From Clostridium sp. CAG:433 (GTDB lineage Bacteria > Bacillota_I > Bacilli_A > RF39 > UBA660): a DNA stretch of 64,000 nucleotides. The translations under genes and the position numbers were made by a program. Positions 61,412 to 64,000 of the stretch are shown here, one piece after another. The stretch is from the NCBI GenBank assembly GCA_000433675.1, contig FR893558.1, positions 17,547 to 81,546 on the forward strand. The letters are read 5' to 3'. How positions within the stretch are numbered: position 1 is the first letter of the stretch; the number at the start of each line of letters is the position of its first letter. The notes beneath the pieces are model-generated. The model was not told where the DNA came from. It searched no databases and saw nothing but the letters and a program-made list of their open reading frames with translations.

Positions 61412-61765
61412 ATGAAAAAAACAACAGTAACAGGGTTAGAAGAAAAATGGGAGGTATTCTTAGTTTATATTATAGGAATCTTAGGATTTATATTTTCATT
61501 CATGAAATATGATTATCTATCAAGTAATATTAAGTTCCAATATAGACAAGCAGGTACAATATGGCTTGTAAATATGATATTTTCAATTGCTAAAATAATT
61601 TTAGCATATACAATAAATATTGCATTTATTGGTTATATATTCAATATGCTTTCACTTGTACTTTGGGTATTCTCAATCATAACAATTGTAAAAGCATTTA
61701 GCAATGAAACATATGAAATCCCTGTAATCGCAGATTTATCTAAAAAGATATTTGGAGAAAAGTAG
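61412..61765 (+). CDS. small 3-TM membrane protein
   Basis: AGGAGG RBS; three hydrophobic segments. Confidence 0.4.
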   Translation: MKKTTVTGLEEKWEVFLVYIIGILGFIFSFMKYDYLSSNIKFQYRQAGTIWLVNMIFSIAKIILAYTINIAFIGYIFNMLSLVLWVFSIITIVKAFSNETYEIPVIADLSKKIFGEK

Positions 61766-61785
61766 AATTATCTACTTTTTTTATT
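61761..61785 (+). terminator. rho-independent terminator
   Basis: AGTAGA-atta-TCTACT then TTTTTTTATTTT. Confidence 0.55.
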
Positions 61786-61820
61786 TTGTAAAGTAATTAT
61801 ATATTGATTGACACTTTTAA

Positions 61821-61850
61821 TTACTAAGTTGTATACTTAAAATATAGTAG
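61821..61850 (+). promoter_or_regulatory. sigmaA-type promoter TTGACA-18-TATACT
   Basis: TTGACActtttaattactaagttgTATACT upstream of the pilin-like gene. Confidence 0.4.
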
Positions 61851-61859
61851 GAGAGTAAT

Positions 61860-64000
61860 ATGAAGAAAAAAGGATTTACATTAATAGAGTTATTAGCGGT
61901 ATTAATATTAATTTCTATTATCGTAGTAATTTCAATGCCAAAGATTCTTAATGTAATAGAGCAAAGTAAGATAAAAGCATATGAACAAAGTGCAAATGGT
62001 ATTTCTGATGCAGCAAAATTTAAACAAAATTCAGAAATTTCTAAAAATGGTGAATTTACAAGTGATTATTCATTTGCCGGTGGAAATTACGCTGATGAAA
62101 GTGAAAAATTACCATTTAAAGGAGATACACCATACTCAGGAATGTTACATTTAAATAAAAATGGCGAAACAGCATTAGCATTTGCTTTTAAAGATAATAA
62201 AAAATATTATTGCGTTACAAAGAATTATAGTGATAAAAAATCTAGTGGTACAAAAATAAGAATTGGTGATGATTGTTCTATAACTTTGCCTGAAGGACTT
62301 GTACTTTCTGCTGAAATAGAAGAAATAGAAGAATTTGTTCAAGTGGAAGATTCTAATCCAGGAATTATTTGTGGTGAAGAAAAAGAAGAAAATTATAATA
62401 ATGTAAATGAATGTCATATAAAAAGTGTTGAAGATTTTGTTGAATTGTCAGTACTTGTTAATTCTGGTAAAGATTTTAACGGTAAAAATGTTGTACTAGA
62501 TAATAATATAGATTTTAATAATGATTTATCTTATATCAACCCAAATAGTACTAATTTTGGTGATTTTAATGAAGATGGTGCCACTCAAAGTATAAAAAAA
62601 GAAGTATCTGAAAGCTATGGGTTCAAACCTATTGGAAATAATACCAAAAATTTTAAAGGAGTCTTTTTAGGAAACAACAATAAAATTAAAGGTATTTATA
62701 TAAATAGAACTGAACAAGATTATGTAGGACTATTTGGTTTTATTTCAGGCAATATAAAAAATGTTTCTATTGAATCTGCTAATGTAAAAGGAAAAAATTA
62801 TGTTGGAACACTTGCTGGTAAGTTATCAGGAGTAAATAGTAATGGTTTTACAGTAAATAATTTAAATGTTTCTGGTAGTGGTAGTATTGGTTCTATTTTT
62901 GGTGATGCACCTAAAGTTCTTTCAATTTATGCTGAGAATGTAAATGTAAAAGGTGATACATCAGTAGGTGGAATAATTGGAAATGGAGGATATTCAAAAT
63001 ATTCAGATAGTGTAATAATAAAAAATTCTACAGTAACAGGGACAACTAATACAAAAATGATAAGTGGTGGACAATATGGTTCAGTAAAAAACTATTTGGC
63101 TGTAAATGTAAAGTTAAATGATGAAGATGTATCTAATTCGACGTTAGAAATGATTGAGGATATAAACGGACTAGAAGCTGCAGGAATAGATACATATATT
63201 GGCGGTGACAATGATAGTGACGGATTTTATTTTGATTATAATAAAAAAAATAAAATAGTAATAACAAATACAGAAGATAATCCAATTATCGGTCTTACAA
63301 CTGGAACAGGGACAAAAATAGATCCTTACTTAATATCGAGTGAAGAAGATTGGAAAAAAGCAACATCAATGTTAAATAATACAACATATTATTTTAAACT
63401 AACGAAGGATTTGGATTTTTCAAATAAGAAGTTTTATATGTTTGGAAGTAAAACAATTCCATTCAATGGAATACTAGATGGGAATAATAAAAAAATATCA
63501 TCAGTAACATTAAATTTAGAAAAAAGTAGTTATATAGGTTTATCTGGATATGCAAGTAATGGAGTTATAAAAAATATAAATATAGATAAGTTTATTGTTA
63601 AAGGAGACTCATACGTAGGAACATTAACAGGAGAACAAAGAGTAGATATAAATGCATCTGCAAATGTAACTAATTCAAATGTAAGCGGTAATTCGTATGT
63701 TGGAGGAGTATATGGAGCTGCAAGAACGCTATCATATGTGACAATAGATAATGTAAATGTAAAAGGTGATACGTCGGTTGGTGGAATAGTTGGCAATGTT
63801 GGATCTTCAAAATATACAAGTAATACAGTAATGAAGAATTCTATGGTAACAGGAACGACGTACACAAAAGCAATAAATGGTGGACAATATGGTTCCTCTA
63901 GAAACTATTTATTATTAAATATAAAATTAAATAATGAGGATGTATCTAATTCAACAAGCAATACAATTAATGACATAAATTCTTATGAAGTTGCAGGAAT
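61860..64000 (+). CDS. giant pilin-like protein: prepilin-type N-terminus fused to GLUG/beta-helix repeat adhesin body (3' end beyond window)
   Basis: MKKKGFTLIELLAVLILISIIVV class-III signal peptide; then repeated modules with I.S.EDF..L....Y.L..DIDF ... F.PIG....F.G.F.GNN..I.......YVGLFG and NVKGDTSVGGI.GN beta-helix-like segments. Confidence 0.6.
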   Translation, partial: MKKKGFTLIELLAVLILISIIVVISMPKILNVIEQSKIKAYEQSANGISDAAKFKQNSEISKNGEFTSDYSFAGGNYADESEKLPFKGDTPYSGMLHLNKNGETALAFAFKDNKKYYCVTKNYSDKKSSGTKIRIGDDCSITLPEGLVLSAEIEEIEEFVQVEDSNPGIICGEEKEENYNNVNECHIKSVEDFVELSVLVNSGKDFNGKNVVLDNNIDFNNDLSYINPNSTNFGDFNEDGATQSIKKEVSESYGFKPIGNNTKNFKGVFLGNNNKIKGIYINRTEQDYVGLFGFISGNIKNVSIESANVKGKNYVGTLAGKLSGVNSNGFTVNNLNVSGSGSIGSIFGDAPKVLSIYAENVNVKGDTSVGGIIGNGGYSKYSDSVIIKNSTVTGTTNTKMISGGQYGSVKNYLAVNVKLNDEDVSNSTLEMIEDINGLEAAGIDTYIGGDNDSDGFYFDYNKKNKIVITNTEDNPIIGLTTGTGTKIDPYLISSEEDWKKATSMLNNTTYYFKLTKDLDFSNKKFYMFGSKTIPFNGILDGNNKKISSVTLNLEKSSYIGLSGYASNGVIKNINIDKFIVKGDSYVGTLTGEQRVDINASANVTNSNVSGNSYVGGVYGAARTLSYVTIDNVNVKGDTSVGGIVGNVGSSKYTSNTVMKNSMVTGTTYTKAINGGQYGSSRNYLLLNIKLNNEDVSNSTSNTINDINSYEVAG
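62400..64000 (+). repeat. ~810-bp intragenic tandem repeat (two copies, second truncated by window end)
   Basis: 62941-63190 aligns with 63751-64000 (e.g. TGTAAATGTAAAAGGTGATAC...GGTGGACAATATGGTTC...GATGTATCTAATTC). Confidence 0.7.

Noticed and set aside
62400-64000. 810-bp repeats as an insertion sequence or duplicated gene
   Set aside because: Both copies are in one continuous reading frame and encode homologous beta-helix modules. No inverted terminal repeats or transposase.

Overview
The window is very AT-rich and is densely coding, almost entirely on the + strand. Gene content and order identify a low-GC endospore-forming Firmicute of the class Clostridia. Conserved core blocks, in order:
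- mutL 3' end, miaA and rpsT(-).
- gpr, spoIIP and lepA.
- hemW and the heat-shock operon hrcA-grpE-dnaK-dnaJ. A CIRCE-like operator sits upstream of hrcA and a pepF gene is inserted between dnaK and dnaJ.
- rsmE and mtaB.
- recD2.
- rlmN-stp(prpC)-prkC-rsgA-rpe.
- mutS and an M18 aminopeptidase.
- nusB-xseA-xseB, followed by a thymidylate-synthase homologue and then spoIVB.
- corA and cysE.

Accessory or unusual material sits between these blocks:
1. A GDSL-hydrolase/PlsC-acyltransferase pair with no canonical start codons and a +1 frame relationship, between mutL and miaA.
2. A three-gene insertion between hemW and hrcA that includes a 20-residue-repeat LRR-like protein. Its N-terminal Cys-containing domain recurs in a second BspA-type LRR protein at 30.3 kb.
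3. Where prmA is expected after dnaJ, a type-IV-pilin-like protein and a ClpA/B-type AAA+ ATPase that consists of domain 1 only (the first nucleotide-binding module) and is encoded on the - strand.
4. A decaying ORF6N/KilA-N region with a 25-bp perfect palindrome and tandem gene fragments, followed by an HD-Fic-flavoprotein-flavoprotein operon.
5. A split acyl-ACP-synthetase (Aas)-like lipid re-acylation pair: an AMP-ligase with an extra N-terminal domain, plus a HAD-PlsC fusion.
6. A hybrid histidine kinase, Hpt and receiver-only phosphorelay.
7. A second pilin-like gene, truncated by the window end. It has a near-identical 5' end and a giant GLUG/beta-helix repeat body.

No rRNA, tRNA, CRISPR, transposase or integrase genes were recognised. 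Coordinates of hairpins and promoters were derived by eye and may be off by 1-2 nt.
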